A stretch of 64,000 bases of DNA, taken from Bacteroidota bacterium. Lineage in GTDB: Bacteria; Bacteroidota; Bacteroidia; 2-12-FULL-35-15. The DNA is taken from assembly GCA_947469885.1 (NCBI GenBank), contig CANIQT010000016.1, positions 19,213 to 83,212 of the forward strand, in the 5' to 3' direction. Of this stretch, positions 9,577 to 18,894 are shown in pieces. Every line of letters begins with the position of its first letter. The first letter of the stretch is position 1. The notes beneath the pieces were generated by a model. That model did not search any database, was not told where the DNA came from, and saw only the letters and a list, made by a program, of their open reading frames with translations. The position numbers and the translations under genes are program-made.

Positions 9577-12045
9577 TTACTTTTCATTCTTTTTTTTAAC
9601 GAGATAAAGATAATCGAAATAGTACAATACTTTTAAAGAAATAGTATTCAACTGCTTTGATTGTATCGTGTTTCTAAAGTTTTCGGAATAACTATTTATG
9701 ACCTTATCTCCTTCATTGTAAATAGAGTTTTTCCAAACCAGGTTTAATGAACTACCTGGAGCAAACTGCCATTGAAACAACATATCAATATTAAAAGCGT
9801 TGAAATTAAAATCATGGTTCTGGTCATAACTTATATTATCTATCAATTGTCCATCATCGGTTAAATCATAAAAGCTACGGTAATCACCTCTTGCCCAATA
9901 ATGCCTTCCGCGCAAGGTTAATGATAAATTATTCCGGAACAAATATCGAATGGAAACACTGTTGGTAAGATTGGTTAGATAACGTTTCCCAAAAATTATG
10001 GTACCCCATTCATCTGTATTTACATAACCCCTATCACCATTATCTTTGGTAAAGTTACTTGAAAGTTCAAATGATAATTTATCGGTCACTCTCAAACGAG
10101 GAGCGATAAACAATCCGTAATAAGGATTGTAACCAATAGTAGGCGAAACAATATCAGTAATGCCAACATAAACATTAACACTAGTACTCAATTTTTTTCT
10201 TTCATCTGTGTTAATACCTATAAACCCCCTGTAAGTAGGTGGTTGCACAAAAACTCTTCCAGGTGTTCGTGCTTCGTAATAATCCACTCTTTCAACAGGC
10301 TCCAACTCTAAACCCATATAAATATTTTGTCGTGATTTTGTGTTTACTTCGCTAAAAATATTAACGAAAGCACTGGTAACTCTGTGTGTGGTTAAGTTTT
10401 CATTTTCACCAAAAGCTATTTCTGCAAACGCATTTAAAAATTTACCGAACGGTTCCAATTTATGAAATCGAAAACCGGCTCCGTTAGAAGCATAATCTGT
10501 TTCACGGGTTATTCCCATGTCATTATTATTAAATGTTTTGTTTACTACTTCGCGATAGGCATTAAACTGAAACCAGCCTGCTATTTTCCCAAGCCCTACA
10601 TTATACTTATAACCATACAAATCGGTGTATTGGTTTTGTACGGTATCCGTTTTTGAAAACACATTAGTTAATGCACCGTTTCCCCAAACATTGTATTTAC
10701 TTTTTTTGTCATTCAAACTAAATCCAACACCTGTTACGTTAGCATTGTTGTAGTCCTTTTTCCTATTCACATTGGTATTTATTAAATAAACATTTGAACT
10801 GTTTTTTAATTGTTGATCGAGGACAATTATATTATAATTTGAAAAAGGCTCTGTTAACATTTTTTCTTCATTTCCCATACTATCTCTCACAGTTGCATAA
10901 GTATTATCCATCACCGCATTCAATATACCTACCCCAAGTCCGTTAGTGGTACGTCCTGAGAGTTTAGTTGCATTTAATAATTTAGCCTGATCTGGATTTT
11001 TTATCACTACTTTATTTTTACTTGTATCTGCATATATATTATAGTATTCGCTTGGCCGTCTTCCAATTCTCCTTGAATAAAACAAATCTCCTTTCTGAAA
11101 CAAATCAGTACTTTCTTGAAAAAACGGACGTTGCTCATCGTAAATAACTTCAAATGCAGATAAATTTTTGACCACATTATCACTTTGCACTTGCGAAAAA
11201 TCGGGGAGCAAAGTGGCATCTACTGTAAAACTTTCGTTGATTCCATATTTCAAATCCAGCCCTCCTGTAATGTTTGAAGAATAATTTGATTCGCCTTTTA
11301 TATCTGCAGGATAATGCGAAGTGGACAAGGTAATGTATGGAGTAAAAGATAATCTCACTGGCTCTTTTATTCCTGTTAGTCCGTTCAAAAAGCCCCAAAA
11401 CTTAATTGCATTCGATTCGGCTCTTGGAACCAACCCCCACTGCTCAAATTCTCCTTTTCGGGTAATGTATCTGGTAATCTGAAAGCCCCACAATTGTTTA
11501 TCCATATTAGGAAACCGCAATGCTGAGTAAGGAATTTTTATTTCAACTGCCCAACCTTTATCGTTTATTTTTACTGCCGATTCCCACACTGCATTATACA
11601 ATCCGTCCGAAAACCTTGAATCGAGCTGAACTCCCGATGCTGTTACAGTAAAATCAAAAGCGTCCTGCTCTTTATTATAAGTATCAAATACTATTCTAAA
11701 ATTATCTGCATTAACTTGGTCGTCCCTGTTTCCGAGCTGATGGGCTATACTATCGGGAGCTGTGTCGTAAAGAAATGCACCAACATAAATGGCAGTATTA
11801 TCATACACCAACTTCACTTCTGTTTTTTGCGATGGCTGATGGTCGTAATAAGGATAGCATTGTTTTAAATCGCAAATAGTAGTAACGTTTGCCCATGTAT
11901 CATCGTCAAGCACTCCATCTATTTTAGGCGCTTTCACAGCCCTTTCAATAGTGTAACCCTTCCGCACCAATACAGTGTCATCAGTTGCTTGGAGCCAATG
12001 AGAATAAACTAAAAAAATAAACATGAGGAGTATAGCCTTTTTCAT
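9577..12045 (-). CDS. Large outer-membrane protein, CBM9-like N-domain plus DUF5916-type beta-barrel
   Basis: It has a signal peptide and APKIDGVLDDDTWANV, typical of CBM9-like modules. The long C-terminal region has alternating aromatic/beta-strand character. Confidence 0.55.
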   Translation of the reverse strand: MKKAILLMFIFLVYSHWLQATDDTVLVRKGYTIERAVKAPKIDGVLDDDTWANVTTICDLKQCYPYYDHQPSQKTEVKLVYDNTAIYVGAFLYDTAPDSIAHQLGNRDDQVNADNFRIVFDTYNKEQDAFDFTVTASGVQLDSRFSDGLYNAVWESAVKINDKGWAVEIKIPYSALRFPNMDKQLWGFQITRYITRKGEFEQWGLVPRAESNAIKFWGFLNGLTGIKEPVRLSFTPYITLSTSHYPADIKGESNYSSNITGGLDLKYGINESFTVDATLLPDFSQVQSDNVVKNLSAFEVIYDEQRPFFQESTDLFQKGDLFYSRRIGRRPSEYYNIYADTSKNKVVIKNPDQAKLLNATKLSGRTTNGLGVGILNAVMDNTYATVRDSMGNEEKMLTEPFSNYNIIVLDQQLKNSSNVYLINTNVNRKKDYNNANVTGVGFSLNDKKSKYNVWGNGALTNVFSKTDTVQNQYTDLYGYKYNVGLGKIAGWFQFNAYREVVNKTFNNNDMGITRETDYASNGAGFRFHKLEPFGKFLNAFAEIAFGENENLTTHRVTSAFVNIFSEVNTKSRQNIYMGLELEPVERVDYYEARTPGRVFVQPPTYRGFIGINTDERKKLSTSVNVYVGITDIVSPTIGYNPYYGLFIAPRLRVTDKLSFELSSNFTKDNGDRGYVNTDEWGTIIFGKRYLTNLTNSVSIRYLFRNNLSLTLRGRHYWARGDYRSFYDLTDDGQLIDNISYDQNHDFNFNAFNIDMLFQWQFAPGSSLNLVWKNSIYNEGDKVINSYSENFRNTIQSKQLNTISLKVLYYFDYLYLVKKKNEK

Positions 12046-12125
12046 AAGGTGTAAATATATTCTAAATATTAATTGTAGTAGAAATAAATTTAATAAACGG
12101 TAAATGTTAATGATTAGTGGTAAAG

Positions 12126-12190
12126 TTCATTAGTCATTAGTCATTGGTTCATTAGTTTATTAGTTCATTGGTTCAGTATTCATGGGTTAA
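12126..12190. repeat. Heptanucleotide tandem array (TCATTAG/TCATTGG family)
   Basis: Sequence is ttcattagtcattagtcattggttcattagtttattagttcattggttcag, between divergent genes. Confidence 0.8.
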
Positions 12191-12233
12191 GTATGTTAAT
12201 AGAATAGAAAAATAAAATTATTAATTTAGCCAA

Positions 12234-13088
12234 ATGAAATTATTTACGACCATCATACTGTTTTGTTTTGTTTTCGCGCTTTTCAACTCGTGCAAAAGAG
12301 ATGTTCCTTTGTTTGAGATTAACAACTTAAATGGAAATAAAATTTCCTGTTTTGGTAACGCGGGTATGGGTGTTGGGTTTAAATTTCCAATTAATTCGTA
12401 CGAATCGGTGGAGCCTTGTTTGCGAATTGGTGCCGATGGTACAGAGTTGGATGTTCAACTTACTAAAGACAGTGTGTTGGTGGCTTACCACAATTCTGAT
12501 TTGAATGAATCTACAATGTGCAACGGCACTATTAATAATATGTTGTGGAGCGATATATGGGGATGCCATTATGCCAATGCTTTTTCATCTTCCATCCAAA
12601 TCGTTTCTCTCACTGATTTATTTTCTAATTTAAACAATCCCACCAATTATGTTTATACCTTCGATTGCAAATTATATACTGCTGCTGCCGATTATACTGC
12701 TTACCAAAACCAATTTGCAAATGCCATTATCAATTTCAAAAATGCCCATCAGTTAAGATACGACCAAGTATTGATTGAAAGCCCTGATACTACTTTTTTA
12801 AGAATTTTGAAAAATAAAGACGAAAATCTTCAATCGTTTATTTATCCTTCTTCCTTTGAGCAGGCTTTGGATGTTACTAAAACAATGGGGCTTTGGGGCA
12901 TTACGATTGACAACGAAAAGATTACTGCCAATCAGGTAAAATTGGCACATGAAAACGGAATCAGGGTTACCATCTGGAATTTACACAAGGACAAGGAAAA
13001 TACGGATGCTATATATAAAAGTCCTGATTATATACAATCTGATGATATTATTCACCTCTTAAAAGTTTTTGGAAAATATCATCAATAA
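12234..13088 (+). CDS. Glycerophosphodiester-phosphodiesterase-like lipoprotein, catalytic motif divergent
   Basis: It has a signal/lipobox-like N-terminus (LFNSC) and a GADGTELDVQLTKDSVLVAYHN core typical of GDPD. FGNAG sits where HRG is expected and PINS where PENT is expected. Confidence 0.5.
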   Translation: MKLFTTIILFCFVFALFNSCKRDVPLFEINNLNGNKISCFGNAGMGVGFKFPINSYESVEPCLRIGADGTELDVQLTKDSVLVAYHNSDLNESTMCNGTINNMLWSDIWGCHYANAFSSSIQIVSLTDLFSNLNNPTNYVYTFDCKLYTAAADYTAYQNQFANAIINFKNAHQLRYDQVLIESPDTTFLRILKNKDENLQSFIYPSSFEQALDVTKTMGLWGITIDNEKITANQVKLAHENGIRVTIWNLHKDKENTDAIYKSPDYIQSDDIIHLLKVFGKYHQ

Positions 13089-13096
13089 CTCATCTT

Positions 13097-14188
13097 CTAT
13101 TTCTCGAAAATCTCTTTAACGGCAGGTGCTACTGGATGTTCGCAGGTAAAATTTAAACCTAACAAATCAGCAACTGTTTGCGCAAATTGTTTTTGATAGA
13201 TTTGCACTTCTGTTTTCATTTCTCCTTTTGGTGCAATGGTGGGTCCCATAACGGCAAACCATATTTGATGCGAATCTGCAATTTTAGAATTATGACTTGT
13301 CCATTCTGTTTTAATACTATCACCTCTACCGTGGTCAACAGTGATAAACAAAGCTGTTTTGTTTTTGTAAGTAGGCGATGTTTGAATGTAATTCCATAAA
13401 TCGTTTAACCATTTATCTACCCGGTGTGCTGCATCCAGATAATCACTATAGTTACCATAATGTGCCCATTCATCCGTTTCGCCATACGAAATATAGAGAA
13501 CCCGGGGTTGTTGTTTCTGCAAATAATCCATTGCCTGATAATGTGTAAAAACATCTTGGTAAGCTGTTGTATCGTAAGGTGGATGGCTGTTGCGTTTCAT
13601 TTCTCCCATTAGCTTTTGTGCAGCATCATTGTTGTTGAACGATTGGCTACCACAGGTGACAGGGAATCCGCTTCGTTGTTCATTCAATATTCTATCGAAG
13701 GCACTCCATGCAGCAAATGCAGCTACTTTATTATTAAAATCTTTTTGCTTATTCATAAATTCCAGCACATTGGTATTGGGGTTGGCTTTGTAATTATTCG
13801 AATTTACTGATGTATCCACGTATCCACAGAATATTTCGCTGTAGCCAGGATACGAGTACCAGTAGGGATTTGCATTATCCACTTTGTTGCTATACGCACG
13901 GTTGCCGTAAATCTGACCTTGTGTACTTATGGTGTTCCATATAAAAGGCAATAGTTTTTTTCGTCTTTCCAATACAGATGTACTGCCATATTTTTTAAAG
14001 ATTTCCTCTTTTTTGTTTTGATTAAATTTTGGATTTTCTGCAATAATAGAATCCATTCCTTTAAATACTTCCTGCCACCTAAAGCCATCAGTAGTTACAA
14101 TGATAATATTTTCAACCTTAGGGACTGTTTGTGAAAACAACCTTAAAGCAAAAAAGGAAAACAAAATAAAGGTGAGCAGTAGTTTCAT
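13097..14188 (-). CDS. Alkaline-phosphatase-superfamily enzyme (nucleotide pyrophosphatase/phosphodiesterase-like)
   Basis: It has a signal peptide, TTDGFRWQEVF (DGxR metal site context) and ITVDHGRGD. Confidence 0.55.
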   Translation of the reverse strand: MKLLLTFILFSFFALRLFSQTVPKVENIIIVTTDGFRWQEVFKGMDSIIAENPKFNQNKKEEIFKKYGSTSVLERRKKLLPFIWNTISTQGQIYGNRAYSNKVDNANPYWYSYPGYSEIFCGYVDTSVNSNNYKANPNTNVLEFMNKQKDFNNKVAAFAAWSAFDRILNEQRSGFPVTCGSQSFNNNDAAQKLMGEMKRNSHPPYDTTAYQDVFTHYQAMDYLQKQQPRVLYISYGETDEWAHYGNYSDYLDAAHRVDKWLNDLWNYIQTSPTYKNKTALFITVDHGRGDSIKTEWTSHNSKIADSHQIWFAVMGPTIAPKGEMKTEVQIYQKQFAQTVADLLGLNFTCEHPVAPAVKEIFEK

Positions 14189-14340
14189 TTCAGGATGAAA
14201 TTATTTTTCAAAGATAAATAATCTCCTCAAAAACATTCTTAAATAAAAAATATTATTTGCAAAATTTAAATACATCATATATACATTTTAAAATATCACC
14301 AAATTTATTTCTCCCTTATTTAGTAGTATCTTTATTATAT

Positions 14341-14616
14341 ATGAAAACAGAAAAACAATTAGTTATTGAAAAAGCCCGTCCCATTAGTATGGCTAAAGGC
14401 TTAAATATTGCACAATTCAAATTAATTACTTTACTCTTTGAAGGCAATAATACCAAGCAGATTGCAGTAGTATGGGGACCACAATATAATGATGTGATGA
14501 TAAGGGATGAAGTAAGTAAAATTTACAATCAGTTAGAAAAAAGCAGACCCCAAACACACGAGAAAATAAATTCACATATTCGCATTTTAATAGCTATAGG
14601 CTTGATTACTTCCTAA
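14341..14616 (+). CDS. Small putative LuxR-type HTH protein
   Basis: FKLITLLFEGNNTKQIAVVWG....MIRDEVSKIYNQL loosely follows the LuxR/GerE HTH pattern. I moved the start to the internal ATG at 14341 (MKTEKQ). Confidence 0.3.
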   Translation: MKTEKQLVIEKARPISMAKGLNIAQFKLITLLFEGNNTKQIAVVWGPQYNDVMIRDEVSKIYNQLEKSRPQTHEKINSHIRILIAIGLITS

Positions 14617-14740
14617 TATTTCATTTATATTAAAATTCACCGTGTTCACGGCAGATTTCCAAAATATTTTCTATTCTCATTTATTCCGTTTTACTTTGCC
14701 CCATAATTTAAACAATATAAACCTCTAAATCAATTTAACT

Positions 14741-15226
14741 ATGCCGATGCCGGAAAAAATGGGTGTTGTTTTTACAGGAACCCAAAAGCAAGACATCGTT
14801 GACCACCTGACAGGAATCAGAACGATTCTTGCAAGTATAAAAGTGGTTCAACTAACAAAAACAGAACGACAGGGAGCAAGCTCTGTTGACAATGTACGTT
14901 TACCTTACGTTATAAAAGGAGAGCAACTTGCACAAATTAACGCAGCACTTCGTCCTGGATTTATGAGTTTGGTTGATTGTACCAACGATGTTAAAATGAC
15001 TCAGGACATGATGGAACTAAAAAATCAGTTGAATGAAACAACAGATGTATTTGTTGATTTCTCATTAGCATCAGAGCATTTTGCTTATAAATACATGCTC
15101 AAGTTTTATGAAACTGCTCAGGGAGCTTTAGGAACTCCAACACCTGGAGTAGATACTGTTATTGATGCATTGGCTCCTTTGTTTGAAAAACAAGGAAGCA
15201 ATCTTCCTCCAGTTACTCCTCCGTAA
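14741..15226 (+). CDS. Hypothetical protein (helical, orphan)
   Basis: A 161-aa ORF followed by a clean terminator. I recognised no catalytic motif. Confidence 0.45.
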   Translation: MPMPEKMGVVFTGTQKQDIVDHLTGIRTILASIKVVQLTKTERQGASSVDNVRLPYVIKGEQLAQINAALRPGFMSLVDCTNDVKMTQDMMELKNQLNETTDVFVDFSLASEHFAYKYMLKFYETAQGALGTPTPGVDTVIDALAPLFEKQGSNLPPVTPP

Positions 15227-15246
15227 TTGTAATTACATTTACAAAT

Positions 15247-15277
15247 AAAACCGTCTGTTAAAAGACGGTTTTTTTTG
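15247..15277 (+). terminator. Intrinsic terminator
   Basis: Sequence aaaaccgtct-gttaaa-agacggtttttttt, 20 nt after the stop of the 14741-15226 ORF. Confidence 0.7.
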
Positions 15278-15556
15278 TAAAAACACGAAATTAATCTCAA
15301 AACAAAACAGGTAAAAGCATTGCAAAAAAATTATTAAAGCATGCGAATGGAGTTAGGAAGCAGCAGGAAGTAATAACAAACTATCTGAAAGAACTAAAAA
15401 ACAGGGCAAACGGACTTTTGAAGTATTCCAAAAGGCTTTCGAACGGACTTCAAATGGAAGCTAAACAGCTTTTAAATTGATTATAAATGGAAGCCGAACG
15501 GACTTTAATTGCCACCTCAATAATGATAACTTAGTAATACCTTTAAAAAAAAAGAA

Positions 15557-15802
15557 ATGAAAATATTAAGTGAAGAAGAAGCCTCAGAAATAATTCCCCT
15601 AAAACCAGGTAAATATACATGGCTTTATAAAGAAATGCTGAAACTAAAAATCGGTCAAGCCATTGTTATAGCCAACGAAGATTGGAAAACAAAAACACCA
15701 CCTTATAAAACAATAAGAACAGCGGCAAAAACATTAAAAATGACTTTTGATTACGGGCGAATGCCCGATGAAAGCGGATGGATAGTTAAAAGAATAAAAT
15801 GA
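15557..15802 (+). CDS. Hypothetical small protein
   Basis: An 81-aa ORF preceded by a 330-bp spacer that carries AACGGACTT repeats. Confidence 0.35.
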   Translation: MKILSEEEASEIIPLKPGKYTWLYKEMLKLKIGQAIVIANEDWKTKTPPYKTIRTAAKTLKMTFDYGRMPDESGWIVKRIK

Positions 15803-15815
15803 AGCCTTCCCTTTT

Positions 15816-16709
15816 TTATCGGTAAGCCTTCACTAGTTCTTCTATTTTTTTCTGAGTTTCAGGATTTACATTTACCAATGGCAAACGAAGTACCGATTTG
15901 CAAACATTCAACACTTCAAGCGCAGCTTTGATTCCCGCAGGGTTGCCATCGGCAAATAGTTGTTCAATAATATCGGTAAGTTTATACATCACCCGTTTTG
16001 CTTCCACTACATCTTCCGACAAAATCATTCGGGTCATGTGCGAATAATCTTTTGGAAACGCATTGGCAACAACAGAAATTGCACCATTGCCACCAACCGC
16101 ACAGATAGGAATAGTAAGCATATCATCTCCCGAAATAACTAAAAAATCTTTAGGTCGGTTTTTAATAATTTTCATACACTGCTCCAAGTTGCCCGATGCT
16201 TCTTTGATTCCAATAATGTTTTTAAAATCCTTGGCAAGTTTCAAAGTAGTTTCTGCTGATATGTTAGAGCCTGTGCGGGCAGGCACGTTGTACAATATAA
16301 TTGGTTTCGGACTTTTTTGGGCAATGGCTTTGTAATGCTCGTAAATGCCTCGTTGGCTAGGCTTATTGTAATATGGCGAAACAGAAAGAATAGCATCCAC
16401 ATATTTAAAATCGTAAGGGTCTTTTAAAGCATCCAAAATTTCTTGGGTGTTGTTACCTCCCAAACCAAGTACTACAGGCATTTTGCCAAGTACTGTTTGT
16501 ACCACAGTGGCCACCACTTTTTGCCTTTCATCTCGTGTCAATGTCACCGATTCGCCTGTTGTGCCCAGCACCACAAGGTACTCCACTCTGCCTTTCATCA
16601 CATGTGTCACCAATTTAGCAAGTGCTTTGTAGTCTACACTTTTGTCGGCAGCAAATGGTGTTACAAGGGCAACACCGGTTCCAGTTAATTTTTCGTTCAA
16701 TTCGTCCAT
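15816..16709 (-). CDS. dapA: 4-hydroxy-tetrahydrodipicolinate synthase
   Basis: It has GTGVALVTPF, GTTGESVTLTRDER, the Schiff-base lysine context IIGIKEASG and YNVPARTG. Confidence 0.93.
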   Translation of the reverse strand: MDELNEKLTGTGVALVTPFAADKSVDYKALAKLVTHVMKGRVEYLVVLGTTGESVTLTRDERQKVVATVVQTVLGKMPVVLGLGGNNTQEILDALKDPYDFKYVDAILSVSPYYNKPSQRGIYEHYKAIAQKSPKPIILYNVPARTGSNISAETTLKLAKDFKNIIGIKEASGNLEQCMKIIKNRPKDFLVISGDDMLTIPICAVGGNGAISVVANAFPKDYSHMTRMILSEDVVEAKRVMYKLTDIIEQLFADGNPAGIKAALEVLNVCKSVLRLPLVNVNPETQKKIEELVKAYR

Positions 16710-16737
16710 GGTTTATTTTTTTTTGCAAATGTAGTAA

Positions 16738-16772
16738 AATTAGTCATTCGTCATTCGTCAATAGTCATTCGC
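16738..16772. repeat. Heptanucleotide tandem array (GTCATTC/GTCATTA family)
   Basis: Sequence is attagtcattcgtcattcgtcaatagtcattcgc. It overlaps the last codons of the GT4 gene and lies upstream of dapA. Confidence 0.7.
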
Positions 16773-17903
16773 ATCTATTGCTTTATTTATTTCATCAATG
16801 GTTTTTAAAATTATTTTATTCCACAAAAAATTGTTTTTAATTTTATTGATGGAATTGTTTTTTAGCAATTCAAAATCAGAAGAAGGCAGTTGAATAAGCC
16901 TGTTGATAGCTTGTTTCAACTCCTCTTTGTTTCCAGGAGAAATTAATAAACCATTGGTTGCATCCACTTCTTCTTCCACTGCCCCCACTCTACTTGCAAT
17001 AATTGCAAGTCCCGAAGCCATCGCTTCCAAAATTACTGTAGGCATACCTTCGCTGTAACTTGGGCAAACCAGTACATCTGCTTCAGCAAGTATGCTTTTA
17101 ATTTTAGAAACATCAGAAATACTACCATGATAAAATACATTTTTAGAAATTATTCTTTTGTCATCTGCTATATCACCAACAAATTCGAACGTAAAATTGT
17201 TTGAAGGCAAAAGTTGCTTAATAACTTGGGTCAATTCTTCAATTCCTTTTCTGCGCTCATACCTGCCAACAAAAACAAATTTACGTTTCGCATTTGTTTT
17301 TACAGGTAAAGTTCTAATCCATGTTTCATCAATGCCAATAGGTATTTGAATAATTTTATTATTCGCTACTCCTCTACTCCTTATAATATCGGAAAGCTTT
17401 CCTCCAAGCGAAAAAACAATGTCAGCATTTTGCATCGAAGAAGTAACGGGCCGTTTAAAAAGATATTGTTCGAGTTTTGATTTTAAGTTGGCCGTTTGCT
17501 GAAACATTTCTAATCCATGAAAATTAATCCCTACAGGCACAGTAGTTTTATTTTTATTTTCGAGTAGATACATTCCGCATAACCCCTGTACATAAATAAA
17601 ATCAACCAATTTTTGTTTTTCAAACTGTTCGAAAATAGCTTTGGAATACGTATACATTTCTCGTATGTAATGCCCTGGTACTTCTCCAACAGCAGGATAA
17701 TCAACAAACACAGAGGTTATGTATTTTTTTTCATCATCAGAAAAACAGGAGAAATTCCCAATTGCAGAAGAGCTTTTTGCGGTATGATACAAGTCCACTT
17801 CAATTTTATTTAATGCAAAATACTTAGCAAGATAAAACGAATGCTTCTGCATCCCTCCAATTACATAAGGATATATACCATCTGTAAATAATGCAATTCT
17901 CAT
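16758..17903 (-). CDS. GT4-family (GT-B) glycosyltransferase
   Basis: C-terminal EGMPTVILEAMASGLAIIASRVGAVEEEV (E-x7-E region). Confidence 0.8.
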   Translation of the reverse strand: MRIALFTDGIYPYVIGGMQKHSFYLAKYFALNKIEVDLYHTAKSSSAIGNFSCFSDDEKKYITSVFVDYPAVGEVPGHYIREMYTYSKAIFEQFEKQKLVDFIYVQGLCGMYLLENKNKTTVPVGINFHGLEMFQQTANLKSKLEQYLFKRPVTSSMQNADIVFSLGGKLSDIIRSRGVANNKIIQIPIGIDETWIRTLPVKTNAKRKFVFVGRYERRKGIEELTQVIKQLLPSNNFTFEFVGDIADDKRIISKNVFYHGSISDVSKIKSILAEADVLVCPSYSEGMPTVILEAMASGLAIIASRVGAVEEEVDATNGLLISPGNKEELKQAINRLIQLPSSDFELLKNNSINKIKNNFLWNKIILKTIDEINKAIDANDY

Positions 17904-18889
17904 TTTTTGTATTTTATACGTGACGATAATTGTTTGGAAGGTTTCTCTACAAAACGATACACAAGGTATGAAGCACCAATACTAATAAGTAAAGCAGCAA
18001 CAATTAAAATAAATTTTATCAATGGTGAAGTTGCAAAATGCGCACAATAGTTTAATAGTATCATGCCTGTAAGGCTATGAAATAAATAAATGGAGTACGA
18101 AATATTTCCAAGAAAATTGCCGATGGCAGATTTAAGATTACTGAAATAAAGAATAACAAAAAAAGTAAATCCTGAAAAACATAACGAAGGCACATCAATA
18201 TGAAAGCCAATTGAAACAAAGGCAAGAAGACTAACCAAGTACATTTCCATAAGGCTGATTACTTTTGTTTTATACAGACACAATACTATTCCCAACAAAA
18301 AAATAGGCAAATAATAAGGCAAAAAATTATACCTGAACCATATTGGTCCCGAAAGAAACAAGGCGTACATAACAATCCGAAGCCACATTTTATTGCTGAA
18401 AATAAATGTAAACAACAAACCGATAGTAATGTAATATTGAAATTCTATTGCCAACGTCCAGTAAACAGGACGAATCCATTTCTCTCCTTCAAAAAAAGGA
18501 ATCATGTATCCAAAGTGCAAAGCAATTTGTTTTGCCGTGGGTGTAATGTCCAAACCATTATACTGAGGACTTAATGTTCGAATATAAGTGTGAGCAATGC
18601 CAAACAAAAGCGAAATGAGATAAGGCGGTTCGAGCCGAATGAGCCGCTTTGCAGTGAAGGTTAAAAAATTATTTATTTTATAGTTACCATGAAACATAGA
18701 CCAGGGAATAATGAAACCTGAAATAACGAAAAACATTTGCACCCCATAATGACCGTAAGAAAAGATGGAAGTGATGGCAGTATTTGAAATAAAACCAGTA
18801 ACTGTACACACATAATGAAACATACAAACAGACAATGCAGCAATGGCTCGCAGGGAATTTAAAACAGGAACATTTTTATCTTGAATCAT
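17900..18889 (-). CDS. Acyltransferase family 3 (membrane O-acyltransferase)
   Basis: It begins LNSLRAIAALSVCMFH, has about 10 TM helices, and overlaps the next gene by 4 nt. Confidence 0.8.
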   Translation of the reverse strand: MIQDKNVPVLNSLRAIAALSVCMFHYVCTVTGFISNTAITSIFSYGHYGVQMFFVISGFIIPWSMFHGNYKINNFLTFTAKRLIRLEPPYLISLLFGIAHTYIRTLSPQYNGLDITPTAKQIALHFGYMIPFFEGEKWIRPVYWTLAIEFQYYITIGLLFTFIFSNKMWLRIVMYALFLSGPIWFRYNFLPYYLPIFLLGIVLCLYKTKVISLMEMYLVSLLAFVSIGFHIDVPSLCFSGFTFFVILYFSNLKSAIGNFLGNISYSIYLFHSLTGMILLNYCAHFATSPLIKFILIVAALLISIGASYLVYRFVEKPSKQLSSRIKYKK

Positions 18890-18894
18890 AATTC

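Noticed and set aside
14257-14340. Upstream 28 codons of ORF 14257-14616
   Set aside because: The ORF starts at a non-ATG codon in an AT-rich promoter-like region. An internal ATG (MKTEKQ) gives a compact HTH-sized protein.
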